A stretch of DNA of 28,991 bases from Vermamoeba vermiformis (taxonomy: Eukaryota), in the NCBI GenBank assembly GCA_045837725.1, contig JBEWZL010000309.1, positions 62,001 to 90,991 of the forward strand, in the 5' to 3' direction. The position numbers and the translations under genes are program-made. The first letter of the stretch is position 1; every line of letters begins with the position of its first letter. The notes beneath the pieces are model-generated. The model was given only the letters and a program-made list of their open reading frames with translations. It did not search any database and was not told the origin of the DNA. Below, piece after piece: positions 1 to 15,573 of the stretch.

Positions 1-1266
1 GGTTAAAAAGAAATTCATAAAGAAAATTTAAAAGATACTGAAATTAACGGCTAAATAGCAGTCGGAGCGTAAAGTGACGGCGTACCTTTTGCATAATGGG
101 TCAGCGACTTAATTTATCTAGCAAACTTAAAATTTTAAGTTTAGGTGTAGCGAAAGCGAGTTTTAATTAGAGCGTTAAGTTAGATAAATTAGACCCGAAG
201 CCAAGTGATCTAACCATGAGCAGGTTGAAGGTAGCGTAATACACTATTGGAGGACCGAACCGACGTCTGTTGAAAGAGACGCGGATGACTTGTGGTTAGG
301 AGTGAAAGGCTAAACAAACTTGGTGATAGCTGGTTTTCTACGAAATCTATTTAGGTAGAGTGAGGTGTTATAAATTTAGTAGGTAGAGCACTAAATAAGC
401 TAGGGATTTCGATAATAATATTTTGAACTTATTGAAACTCCGAATGACTAAATTTTAAGCGCTTTAATCAGACTGCGAGTGCGAAGATTCGTTGGTCAAA
501 AGGGGAACAGCCCCTCTTGTAAGTTAAGGTCCGGAAGTTAATTCTAAATAATTAAGATTGCTCTTTTACGTTTAATGTTAGCAGGTTGGCTTAGAGGCAG
601 CCATCCTTTAAAGAAAGCGTAACAGCTCACTAACAATTTGTTTTAGAGTTTCAACAATAATAGGTTTTATAGATTTACACCGAAACTACAGATTAATTTT
701 TTTGGTAGTAGAATGAACTGTACGCTTTGAAGTTAAAATGTAAGTTTTAATCGAGCCTTCTGTTTTAAGTATGCTGACATGAGTAGCGCAAATAATGTTT
801 TTAAAAATCATTATCACCGAATAACCAAAGTTTTCTTCGCTAGGTTCTACCACGAAGAGTTAGTCGGCCCCTAAGTATTAAATGATAATTTGATATAATG
901 GGTTTTGTGATTAATATTTACAAACTAGTTTTAGTGACGTAAGTCATTTTAAATAGAATTCCATTTAGATTTGGAATTCTATTTAAAATGACTTACTACA
1001 AAATAACTAAAACTTACTACTATTACATTAGTAGTTTTAACCGTACTGAAAACCGACACAGGTGGTTAAGTAGAGAATACTAAGGTGACTGAGAGAAGGG
1101 TATTGAAGGAACTCGGCAAAATGACTCTGTAACTTCGGGAGAAAGAGTACCTTTTTTACATGAAAGCTTTTTAGAGTAATATCTAAAGGTTTATACTAGT
1201 TAGAAAGGTGGCACAGAATAGGGGGTAGCGACTGTTTAATAAAAACACAGGACTCTGCTAAATCGT

Positions 1267-1304
<38 letters not shown>

Positions 1305-1358
1305 TAGGTAAAAAGGATTGGTTAAAGCCAAGAATTGAAGCCCCAGTAAACGGCGGCT

Positions 1359-1398
<40 letters not shown>

Positions 1399-1674
1399 TT
1401 AATTGCTGACGCGCATGAATGGTGTAACGACTTCCCCACTGTCTCCAGTACCTACTCAGCGAAATTGAATTCTTCGTGAAGATGCGGAGTACTCGCAGCA
1501 AGACGGAAAGACCCTATGCACCTTTACTTCACCTTTGTACTGTTTAAGAAAAATAAATGTGTAGGATAGACATTAGCCTATGAGAACTTGGCTCCGGCCA
1601 ATTTTTGAGGCAACAATGAAATAGTGTTCTTTTATTTTTTTTGAACTAATTGATATTTAAGACAATGCATGGTT

Positions 1675-1705
<31 letters not shown>

Positions 1706-1922
1706 AAGTAACGGAGGCGTGCAAAGGTAAACTCAAGATTTTCTGAATCTTTAGAGCGCAATGGTATAAGTTTGCTTGACTGTTAGGCAGACACGCCAAA
1801 CAGGGACGAAAGTCGGTCATAGTGATCCGGTGATATTATGTGGAAAAGTCATCGCTCAACGGATAAAAGGTACGCTAGGGATAACAGGCTAATGATCCCC
1901 AAGAGTCCTCATCGCCGGGATC

Positions 1923-1957
<35 letters not shown>

Positions 1958-1971
1958 AGCAGAAGTAGGTT

Positions 1972-2022
<51 letters not shown>

Positions 2023-2330
2023 ACGTCGTGAGACAGTTTGGTCCCTATCTACTGTGAGAATGAGAATGTTAAAGCCCTAAGCCTAGTATGAGAGGACCGG
2101 ATGTTTAAAGTTTAACTTGTTTTGGGTGTATCAATTGTTATCCAGCTGTCACACTAGTCGCATTGCTGGGACGCTACATACATTATTTTTAACTGCTGAA
2201 ATAATATAAGTAGGAAAAATTCTTTAATGTTCTTATACATGAAAGTCTAATACTAAGACGAAATAGGTTAGCAGTACAAACATCGCAATATGTTAGCTAG
2301 CTAATACTAATTTTTATGAAATTTGTGGAT
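1..2330 (+). rRNA. rnl: Mitochondrial large-subunit (23S-like) rRNA; 5' end lies outside the window, 3' end approximate
   Basis: Conserved LSU motifs in order: gtaccttttgcataatggg, gacccgaagccaagtgatcta, aggaactcggcaaa, gtaactatgacggtcctaaggtagcgaaattccttgtcgg, gggataacaggct, gtttggcacctcgatgtcggctc, gagctgggtt...gtgagacagt, and the sarcin-ricin loop at about 2085-2096. No intron seen. Confidence 0.97.
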
Positions 2331-2407
2331 TAAGTTTATGAATAACGGGATTATAAATGTGGTGAAATGTACAGGTTATAATATAAAAATAACTAATATA
2401 AAATTTT

Positions 2408-3208
2408 ATGAAAAGACATTTATTCCATTTGGTTGATCGTAGTCCTTGACCTTTTTTAACAGCTTTTAGCTTGCTTTTTATGACTACAGGTACTGTTATG
2501 TATATGCACTTTTATTTATTCGGTGGTTACTTAGCAATGATTGGTTTTATAATGTTAGTAATAACTTTAGTGGCTTGGTGACGAGATGTTATTAGGGAGT
2601 CTACCTATTTAGGTTATCATTCAACTGCTGTTCAAAGAGGGTTGAAGATTGGTTTTATATTATTTATTGCTTCAGAAATTATGTTTTTCGCTGCCTTTTT
2701 TTGGGCATTTTTTCATTCTAGTTTGGTTCCTTCTATTTGAGTTGGTGCTGAATGACCTCCGGTTGGTTTATCTGTTTTTAGTCCATATGGTGTTCCACTT
2801 TTAAATACTTTAATTCTTTTAACTTCTGGTGCTTCGATTACTTGAGCCCATAGAGCTGTTTTAGGAAAGCTGTACGAATATGCTGTCGGGGGTTTTGTCG
2901 CTACTATTACTTTAGCAATTTTATTCATTTTAATGCAGCTTCAAGAGTATGTTTCTGCTCCATTCGGTATTTCTGATGGTGTGTATGGTTCAGCGTTCTA
3001 TATGCTTACAGGTTTGCACGGCCTTCATGTAATTGTGGGTACGATTTTCTTGATTGTTTGTTTTATAAGATTTATGCAGAAACATCTTACTCCTGGCCAC
3101 CATTTAGGTTTTGAGTTTGCTGCTTGATACTGACACTTTGTGGACGTAGTTTGACTTTTCCTTTACTTTTCTGTTTATTGTTGAGGTAATTGAATTGTAA
3201 TAAGTTAA
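2408..3208 (+). CDS. cox3: Cytochrome c oxidase subunit 3 (266 aa, code 4)
   Basis: Starts [15 protein letters not shown]; contains [24 protein letters not shown] and AAWYWHFVDVVW. TGA falls at conserved Trp positions. ATG 2408, TAA 3206-3208. Confidence 0.97.
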
Positions 3209-3227
3209 TCTCTATTAAGTCAGAAAA

Positions 3228-3300
3228 GGGGTTGTAGCTCAATTGGGAGAGCGGTTGTTTTGCATGTAAAAGGTTGCAGGTTCAAGTCCTGTCAACTCCA
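3228..3300 (+). tRNA. trnA: tRNA-Ala(UGC)
   Basis: Acceptor GGGGTTG/CAACTCC with the G3:U70 Ala identity pair; anticodon loop tt-tgc-at; T-loop ttcaagt. Confidence 0.93.
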
Positions 3301-3319
3301 GTCGGTTGCTTACCATAAT

Positions 3320-3406
3320 GAGGAAATGGCCGAGCGGTTTAAGGCGGTTCTTTGCTAAGGAACTTTGCGGTCTCCCGCATCGTGGGTTCAAATCCCACTT
3401 TCCTTG
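3320..3406 (+). tRNA. trnS: tRNA-Ser(GCU)
   Basis: Acceptor GAGGAAA/TTTCCTT, discriminator G; anticodon arm gttct-tt-gct-aa-ggaac; long variable arm tgcgg-tctc-ccgca. Confidence 0.94.
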
Positions 3407-3408
3407 CC

Positions 3409-3480
3409 GTTCGAGTAGCTCAGTGGTAGAGCGAATGACTGAAAATCATTAGGTCGGTGGTTCGATTCCACTCTCGGACA
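3409..3480 (+). tRNA. trnF: tRNA-Phe(GAA)
   Basis: Acceptor GTTCGAG/CTCGGAC; anticodon arm aatga-ct-gaa-aa-tcatt; T-loop ttcgatt. Confidence 0.95.
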
Positions 3481-3510
3481 GCAATAGGTGGTTATGCGCC
3501 CGCCTATTGC
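3481..3510. other. GC-rich stem-loop directly after trnF
   Basis: gcaataggtgg / ccgcctattgc gives an 11-bp stem with one G-U pair and an 8-nt loop. Confidence 0.7.
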
Positions 3511-3512
3511 CG

Positions 3513-3713
3513 CATCCGGAACAAGCAGGCTACTGCTTGGTATGTGTTGTGTTAAGTGCTCGTGCGTCAGGGTTGGCAGGGTGTAGCGGAATTGGCTAAC
3601 GCGCTGGTTTTGGGTACCAGAAATTGCGGGTTCAAGTCCCGCCGCCCTGCCAACCCTGACGCACGAGCACTTAACACAACACATACCAAGCAGTAGCCTG
3701 CTTGTTCCGGATG
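3513..3713. repeat. Perfect 64-bp inverted repeat pair (3513-3576 / 3650-3713) flanking trnP
   Basis: catccggaacaagcagg...gtcagggttgg is the exact reverse complement of ccaaccctgac...cctgcttgttccggatg, and pairing runs on into the tRNA acceptor stem. Confidence 0.97.
3577..3650 (+). tRNA. trnP: tRNA-Pro(UGG)
   Basis: Acceptor CAGGGTG/CGCCCTG; anticodon arm ctggt-tt-tgg-gt-accag; T-arm gcggg-ttcaagt-cccgc. Confidence 0.93.
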
Positions 3714-3812
3714 TGTTTAAGATGCGCTTTAGAAGTTTATAAAACATTTTTGAGGCTAAGTCGTATGCGGTATCGACTTTATTTAATAAAAATAAAAATA
3801 AAATAAAAATAT

Positions 3813-5489
3813 ATGCCTTTGGTTGTTTTATCTTCTGCCTTATTGGTTCTTTTAATTGCTCAACCTGAGCTTTCTTTTTTTTCTGATTTATTTTTTTATG
3901 ATTTTACCTTAGAAGTTTTACATTCTATGTTTTTCTGATTTTTTAATAATTTTGGTTCTACTTATAGTTATTCCTTTAATTCAGATTTTGGGTTTCAAAA
4001 TCTAAGCTTTATGAAGTTAGATTATAATTATAATTATAGAACATATTTTAGCCAGACCTATTTGCACGCTGCTTATAATAAACACATGAAACCATATAGA
4101 AATCTGCTTAATGTAGATCGAATGTTTGGTGATTATAATGTTCGTACTTACGGAAAATCGAAAAAACATGCGTGAGCTATGAAGCATACGCGTATTTTTT
4201 TATTGCTCTATTCACATACTCTTGAATGCTATGCCTTTAGTCCTAAGCTTATGTCTTCCTCTTTTGTAATGTTTTATTTTAAGCGACATCATTTTTATTC
4301 TACTCTGGAGATGTTTTATGCTTCGATTTATTTAGGTATGATTTATTTTTTTTCGTTTACTTATACTCGTATGATAGAGGATGGTTCCTTAAATAGACGA
4401 GAAACTGAGGAGATTGATGAGGAGGAAGCTCAAAATCATTGATATTTTTTTCGTGAAGATAGACGTGGTGTTATTGAGCCGTCTATCGAAGATAATGAAG
4501 AGGTGAATTTCGCTTATCCGCAACATCCTGTTGAATGAGATGACAATGGGCATTTTTATCGTTGAGAAATTTATTTTTTTATGTTTCTGTTTTCTTTTTT
4601 AATTTGTTGGGGTGTCTCTCAGTCTGCTGCCTCCATGTTTTATTATGATCAATTTATAGACTTACACTTTATGGGCTGAGCTACGACTTTTGGTTTTATT
4701 TTTATATTTTGACGTATATTCTTTTTAGTTCAGTTTTTTACATATTTTAACAGATTTAATATTCGGCGTTTTTTATATTCAAAAATAGTTTTGCCTATTT
4801 TTAATGTCACTTTAGTTTTTATATTTAAGCTATTTCATGCGCACCTATGAGCTTTTTTTTATGCCACTTTAGCTCGTGTTGTAAAAATTTCAGATTTAGT
4901 ATCAACAGGTCAGTTTAACTTTGAGATGAATTTATATAAAGCTTCTTTAAAGGAGACTTCAAAGAATTTATTAGTGAAATTTTATCGTTATATATATTCC
5001 TCTTTTCAAAAAAATTTAAATTTTTTTGAAAAGAGGAATATATATGATTTTTTGTTATCTTCTAATTTAACTTTTACTTATAACAGTAAGAAAACTGTTG
5101 ATAAAATTTTTTACTATATTTATCAAAAGGACAGGGTTTTTTCTAACATATTTTCCATTACATCTTCCTATATTGATAATTATCGCCACCATAATGGCTT
5201 TTTTTTCCCTAAAAATATGTACTTAACTACAAATAAGTTGTCTTTTTTTTCTGCTTCTATTTTACCACCACCTTTTCCATTGTATCTAGATTATTTTAAT
5301 GTAAACGATTTGCCGATATGGGGTGCTGATTTTTTTTTTAGTTTAAACCAAAATGTTTTTGGAGTTGCTGAAGCGAGTGAAAACTGGTTTTTTTCGCGAC
5401 AATATAACACTCATTTTAATGTTTTGAATTCAAAGAGTCCTACAAAGAGGGTTAATAATAATAATAGTAATAATAATTTTTTATGTTAG
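3813..5489 (+). CDS. orf558, unidentified putative membrane protein
   Basis: Continuous frame in code 4 from ATG 3813 to TAG 5487-5489, read codon by codon between the supplied fragments 4179 and 4926. Hydrophobic segments flank an acidic loop (RRETEEIDEEEAQNHW...IEDNEEV). Confidence 0.85.
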
Positions 5490-8216
5490 TTTTTAGGTTA
5501 TTTATTTTATTTTTTAAAATTATTTTCTTTTCTTTTCTTTTGATTGTGAGGTATTTTCTTTTATTTTTGTTTAAATTATTTTATTTTTTAGTTTTTTTAC
5601 CTATTTACATCGTTTTTCTTTTTAAGTCTGTTTTTTTACTTTCGTTGTTTCTTTTTCGGAGTATCTTTGTTGCTTTGTTTTATAAGTTTTTGGGGTTTTG
5701 ATCTTATATAAAAGTAGCTCATATAATTGAACCATATGCTCAATTGGTGTATCATTTTGGTACTTTAAAAGTAATAAAAGAGCGTTTGATGCGCCGTTAT
5801 TACTTTTATAGACGGTCTTATTATGTATGTGGTTATTCGGTCAAATTTTTGATCAAAGCGATCCTAGCGGTTGAACCGAACGCTTTATTAATAAAGCGTT
5901 CGGTTCAACCGCTAGGATCGCTTTGATCAAAAATTTGAAACTTACCATCTTCACCTACGCGGGTTGGTCATAGGTTTCGTATTGGGCGCAGGTTAATAAA
6001 ATTTTTTTTGGGTATTGTAACACTTTTTTATCCTATTCAACTTTTATTGAAATTCGGTCTTTGGTATATCACTGGTTATTTGGTCTCTTTATTGAGATTT
6101 TTACGTCGTAAAAAAATTATAAAGACTAAAAAGCAGATAAAATTAATTTTAAGAATGATAATTTGAATAAAGTTACTTTTTGTTTGAAGTGACTTACCTT
6201 TTGTTTTGATTTTTAAACCTGGTATTTCGAAAAAATATCCTCAATTTGAGGATATTCAACCCGATACTCGCGTTATTAAGCATGAAGTTTGACAATTTGC
6301 TCTATTGAGGGATTGTTATTTTGATTACGAAGATGTTTTAAATGGTTATTATATATTTCATATAGTACGGCCATTTAGTAGAGTTTTTTTTAATTTAATT
6401 ATTTTTAGTTTTGTTTTGATTTATTTTATAATAATAAATTTTTTATATATTTTACAATTTTTTTATTTACTATTTTATGTACCCTTTAAGTTTATTTACA
6501 TTTATTCTTTATTAACTGCAGGTATTTTGCTTTTAAAACTGGTTTTAGTTCTTGCTTACTTAGTTCCGATTGTTTATATTCTTGCAGTTTTATTATTATC
6601 TTACTTTTTATACCGTTTTGTATTAATTAAATATTATTATTTTTATTCTCAAAAATATTTAGCTATTTTTCAGTATTTTATTTTTTTTAAAACCCCCAAC
6701 CTTTCATCAATTATCGGTCGCTTTTATTTGCTTTTTTATTATGTTGTTTTTAAGCTTAGATCATTAAATTATTTAGTTTTTTCTAATATTGAAGATTTTT
6801 TTTCTATAAAAAGATTATTTCGTTTTAATTCAAACTTAAGATCGATTTTAAACTACTTTTTTGGTGTAAACCCTCATTATGCTAATTTGTTATATTATAA
6901 TACCTCTTATATTTTTAGAAGAGTACGACCATATTTTTTAAGATTTAATAATGTTCAATTTATTCCTTACTTTTTTAAAACTCAAAAAGCTTCTCGAATT
7001 ACGCCTGACCAAATTAAGTCTTTTTTAAAAATCGGCTTAAATAGCAAATACCCTATGTACTATTTTGAGAGACTTTTTGATTTGGAATATTCAAGATTGG
7101 AGCTTGAATACGAGTTGCCTTATTATTGATCATTTGTTCGGCAAGCACATTCCTTAAACCAAGGGTTATTACACCCTAAATTTCATGTTTATGGTTTTTT
7201 TAACTTTTTAAAGTTCTATTGGAATTATTTTAGTTTTTTAAATACTAATACTATACTTGATACAAGTTCAATATACGCTCACGACTTTATACAATTATTT
7301 AATTCTTCGGCATCTCAGATTTTTTCTCTTTTAGTTAATGACTTTATTGAATTGTTTAAGATTAAGAAGTTTAAATTGTATACTTCTACAGCAGTTACTG
7401 GTTTTCTAAATAATTCGCAGTATTTCAAATTATCATCGTTAAGCGCTTCTACGCAATGGCATTTAATCCATGTTAAGTATTATGATAAATTGCTTCATTT
7501 TTTTTGAGATTATTATGATGCATTGTTGATTCGTGTAGTTTACTACTACTATTCTGTTCTTGCTACCCCCAACGCTGTTAAAATACATTCTTTTTTTAAT
7601 GATTACGCTGAAAAAGCGCGCCATTTGGTTGGGTGATATGTCTTTGCGTTTTATGAGCGTATGATGGGAAAACTTTTTTTAAATGTAAATAAATTTGAAG
7701 ACTATTACGATGTCAACTTTGATAAGTCCATCGACTTATATAATTCTTATTTAATACATTTTAAAAAATTTCTTGGCGTTGATTCTTTTAACTCTCTTTT
7801 TAGGAAGCGATTTGAGGTACAAAAACAGAGCTTTGAAGAAGAAATTTCAGATGATGTAGAAAAATCAGTTCGTCTTATGAACTTTGAACAAAAACTTAAT
7901 GCTCAACGAAAAAAAAATTATAATGATACCATGTCAGACTTTTTTACTGGTTCCTTTTCTTTTTTTGGTGGTTTTTACACATTTTTTCGTACAAATGTTT
8001 TTGAATTTATGACGGTACTTTATGTGCGTTGACGTGAGTATATTCATACTTCTATAAGTAGGTGGTCAAGGTCTAAAAAGGTTTTTGTTTTTTTAATTTA
8101 CTTTTTTAAAACATTTTTTGTGCTTTGGATTTGTATATTTATGATGATTGTTCTTTTTTCTCTTTTTTTGATAAAAGAGTTTATAATAAAAATAATAAAA
8201 AAAATTAAAAAAATAT

Positions 8217-8224
<8 letters not shown>
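5483..8224 (+). CDS. orf913, unidentified F/Y/L-rich putative membrane protein
   Basis: Supplied fragments 5483, 5744, 6305 and 7661 share one frame and are separated only by TGA. ATG 5483 overlaps the orf558 stop; ends TAA 8222-8224. Confidence 0.85.
5841..5938. repeat. Perfect 98-bp palindrome (two 49-bp arms, no spacer) inside orf913
   Basis: tcaaatttttgatcaaagcgatcctagcggttgaaccgaacgctttatt | aataaagcgttcggttcaaccgctaggatcgctttgatcaaaaatttga. Confidence 0.97.
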
Positions 8225-12735
<4,511 letters not shown>

Positions 12736-12754
12736 ATCTATATAGAAAAAAATT

Positions 12755-13447
12755 ATGCCGAAGTTGATAAAGTATCAGTTTAAACTTTACAAAAGGTTCG
12801 AGCTGGACGTTTGGGGGTTGTTAAACAGCAACCCCGTTTTTGGTCATCCTGTTGTTAAATTTTTTCAGGATTCCTACCGTTATAGGGCTGAGAGGGCAAA
12901 ACAAAGATTTAGACAATTTATTTATCGGATTGATATAATTAACCCAGATAAAGCCCACAAGCGAAAGAAATGAAAATTTGTGTCTATGCAGCTTGTTAGG
13001 TTATTTTATAAGGGTATAAATCAGCGTAAGGTTTTTAACTTTTCCAGAATGTCGTCTGCTTCTTTTGGTTTGTGGGTTAATAATTTTTTACTTTTAGTGG
13101 AATCTCGTATTTCAACTTTTCTTTATAGAGTGAATTGGGTACCAAATATACTGTTTTTAAGTCAATTTATAAATCATGGTAACGTCATAGTAGATGCAAA
13201 AATTCCGTTAACAAATAATTTTATGATTAAACCTTTTCAAATTGTTAGATTATTGCCGCGTACTGTAATTAAATTACGTTCGAATTTTGTTTTTAGGTTA
13301 AGAAACAATATGGTGTATTTTAATACTCCTAGGTATATTTTTTTGAATTCTAAAATGATGTTCGCTTGCATTTTTTCTAACCCCAACTTAAAGGATATAT
13401 CTTTTCCTGTTTTACTTGATATATATAGATTAAATGATATAACTTAA
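12755..13447 (+). CDS. rps4: Ribosomal protein S4 (230 aa)
   Basis: S4-domain signature LVESRISTFLYRVNW...SQFINHGNVIVD; two supplied fragments joined by TGA 12971-12973. Confidence 0.88.
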
Positions 13448-13456
13448 TTAAATAAT

Positions 13457-15463
13457 ATGTATTTGTTAGTTTTATATTTTCCTTTGCTTTCCTTTTTTTT
13501 ATTAAGTCTATTTGGTAGATTTTTTGGCCGTCAAGGTTCTGCTATTATTGCTTTTTCTCTAATGTTTCTTACAACCTTGTTGTCTTGATTTTCATTTTTT
13601 GAATTAGGTGTTTCAAAAAGCTTAATCCGTTTGAACCTTTTTACTTGATTGAATATTGATGTTTTAGATATTACTTGGGGTTTTCTTTTTGATTCGGTAA
13701 CAGCTTTGATGTTGATTGTTGTAACAACGATTTCATTTTTTGTTCACTTGTATTCCATTTCATATATGGATCACGATCCTCATCTTCAAAGATTTCTTTC
13801 TTATCTCTCGCTTTTTACTTTTTTTATGCTAATTTTGGTTACGGCGGACAATTTCTTACAGATGTTTGTTGGTTGGGAAGGCGTAGGGTTGGCTTCGTAT
13901 CTATTGATTAGTTTCTGATTTACTCGATTGGCTGCTAATAAGTCTGCTATCAAGGCTATGGTAGTTAATAGGGTTGGTGATATAGGTGTTGTTATAGCCA
14001 TCTTAGTTATTTTTGATCTTTTTAATACTCTAAATTATGGCTCAGTTTTCGCTTTAGTTCCTTATTTGCATAATATGGACTACAGCTTTTTAAATTTTTC
14101 TATTAATTCGCTTGATTTGATATCATTGCTTTTGTTTGTGGGGGTCGCTGGTAAATCGGCGCAAATTGGGTTGCATGTTTGGTTACCCGACGCTATGGAA
14201 GGCCCAACACCCGTTTCAGCTCTTATACATGCGGCTACAATGGTGACTGCTGGTGTTTTTATACTTGTTAGGGCTTCCATATTTTTTGAATACTCAAATT
14301 ATTCACTTGGTGTTGTAACATTCTTTGGTGCTTTAACGGCTTTTCTTGCTTCTACGGTTGGGGTTTTTCAAAATGATATAAAACGTGTAATAGCTTATTC
14401 GACTTGTAGTCAGCTAGGTTACATGGTTTTAGCTGCAGGTATGTCTTTATATTTTGTAAGTTTTTTTCATTTGTTTACTCATGCTTTTTTTAAAGCGCTG
14501 TTATTTTTAGGTGCTGGTTCTGTTATACACGCGCTGGGTGATGAACAAGATATGCGTCGTTATGGTGGTACTATTTCTTTATTGCCGTTTTCATATGTAT
14601 TATTTTGGTTAGGTTCCTTAGCGCTTATGGGTTTTCCTTTTTTGGCTGGGTTTTATTCAAAAGATCTTATAATAGAACTTGTATTTTCGTCGTTTAGGAT
14701 TGATGCTTTTATAATAGGTTGGCTTGCGATTTTAGGTGCTTTTTTTACGGCTTTTTATTCCTTTAAAATTATTTATTTAACTTTTCTTCAATATCCGTCT
14801 AGTTACCGTTCTTACTTAGATCATTGTCATGATGCTCCACTTATTATGTATATTCCTCTTTTAATTTTATCTTTTTTAAGTATATTTTCTGGTTTTATTT
14901 TTAAGGATATAATTTTATCTCCAGCTTCCGGTTTTTGGTCTAATTCTACAACATTCTGATTATCTAATAGTGTTTTTTGGGACGCTCACTTATTATCACC
15001 GTCTTTAAAACTAATGCCGTTATGCTTTAGTTTGTTAGGCTGCTTTATTTCATTTTTTATTTATAATTTTTCAATGTTTACCTCTACTCTCACAAAACAG
15101 GCGTCCATTTTAAATAGTATATACTTATTTTTTAATAGAAAATGATATTTTGATAATGTTTACAATGACTTTGTGATGAGTAAAACAATAAATTTTGGCT
15201 ATTATTTTTTTGTAAAATCAGTAGATAAGGGTATTTTAGAATTTTTAGGTCCGTTAGGTTTAATGAATTTTTTTAGGTCTGCTTCATATAAGGTTTCTGG
15301 TTTCCAGTCTGGTTTAATCTACCATTACGCTTTTATTTTTCTATTAGGCCTATTATTACTTTTGACTTTATTTGCTTTTAATTTTCCGTGGTTGTATCTC
15401 TTTGAACCTGGTTTGTTGTTTGTTATTGTTTTCAGCACTTTAGTTATTTTACTTTTTAACTAA
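13457..15463 (+). CDS. nad5: NADH dehydrogenase subunit 5 (668 aa)
   Basis: [11 protein letters not shown] start; [64 protein letters not shown]. Confidence 0.97.
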
Positions 15464-15499
15464 TTTTTTTTAACTAGTTAAAACATTAAAAATTTATAA

Positions 15500-15573
15500 G
15501 AGCCCGTAGTTTAAATGGTTAAAATTCGCCGCTCATAACGGTTGCGATGAAGGTTCAAATCCTTCCGGGCTTA
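15500..15573 (+). tRNA. trnI: tRNA(CAU), probably Ile (lysidine-type trnI(cau)), copy 1
   Basis: Acceptor GAGCCCG/CGGGCTT. The tagtttaaatggttaaaa...ccgctcataacggt pattern resembles mitochondrial trnI(cau) and lacks the initiator GGG/CCC anticodon stem. Ile versus Met is inferred. Confidence 0.8.

Noticed and set aside
1838-2080. 80-aa + strand ORF
   Set aside because: Lies within the peptidyl-transferase region of rnl; a spurious rRNA ORF.
2331-2407. Possible 5S rRNA after rnl
   Set aside because: Too short and AT-rich, with no recognisable 5S motifs.
3388-3747. 119-aa minus-strand ORF
   Set aside because: Antisense to trnF, trnP and the inverted repeat; open by chance in GC-richer sequence.
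13801-14280. Minus-strand ORFs opposite nad5 (likewise 2713-2928, 10887-11096, 22588-22779, 23787-23984)
   Set aside because: Short antisense shadows of real + strand genes.
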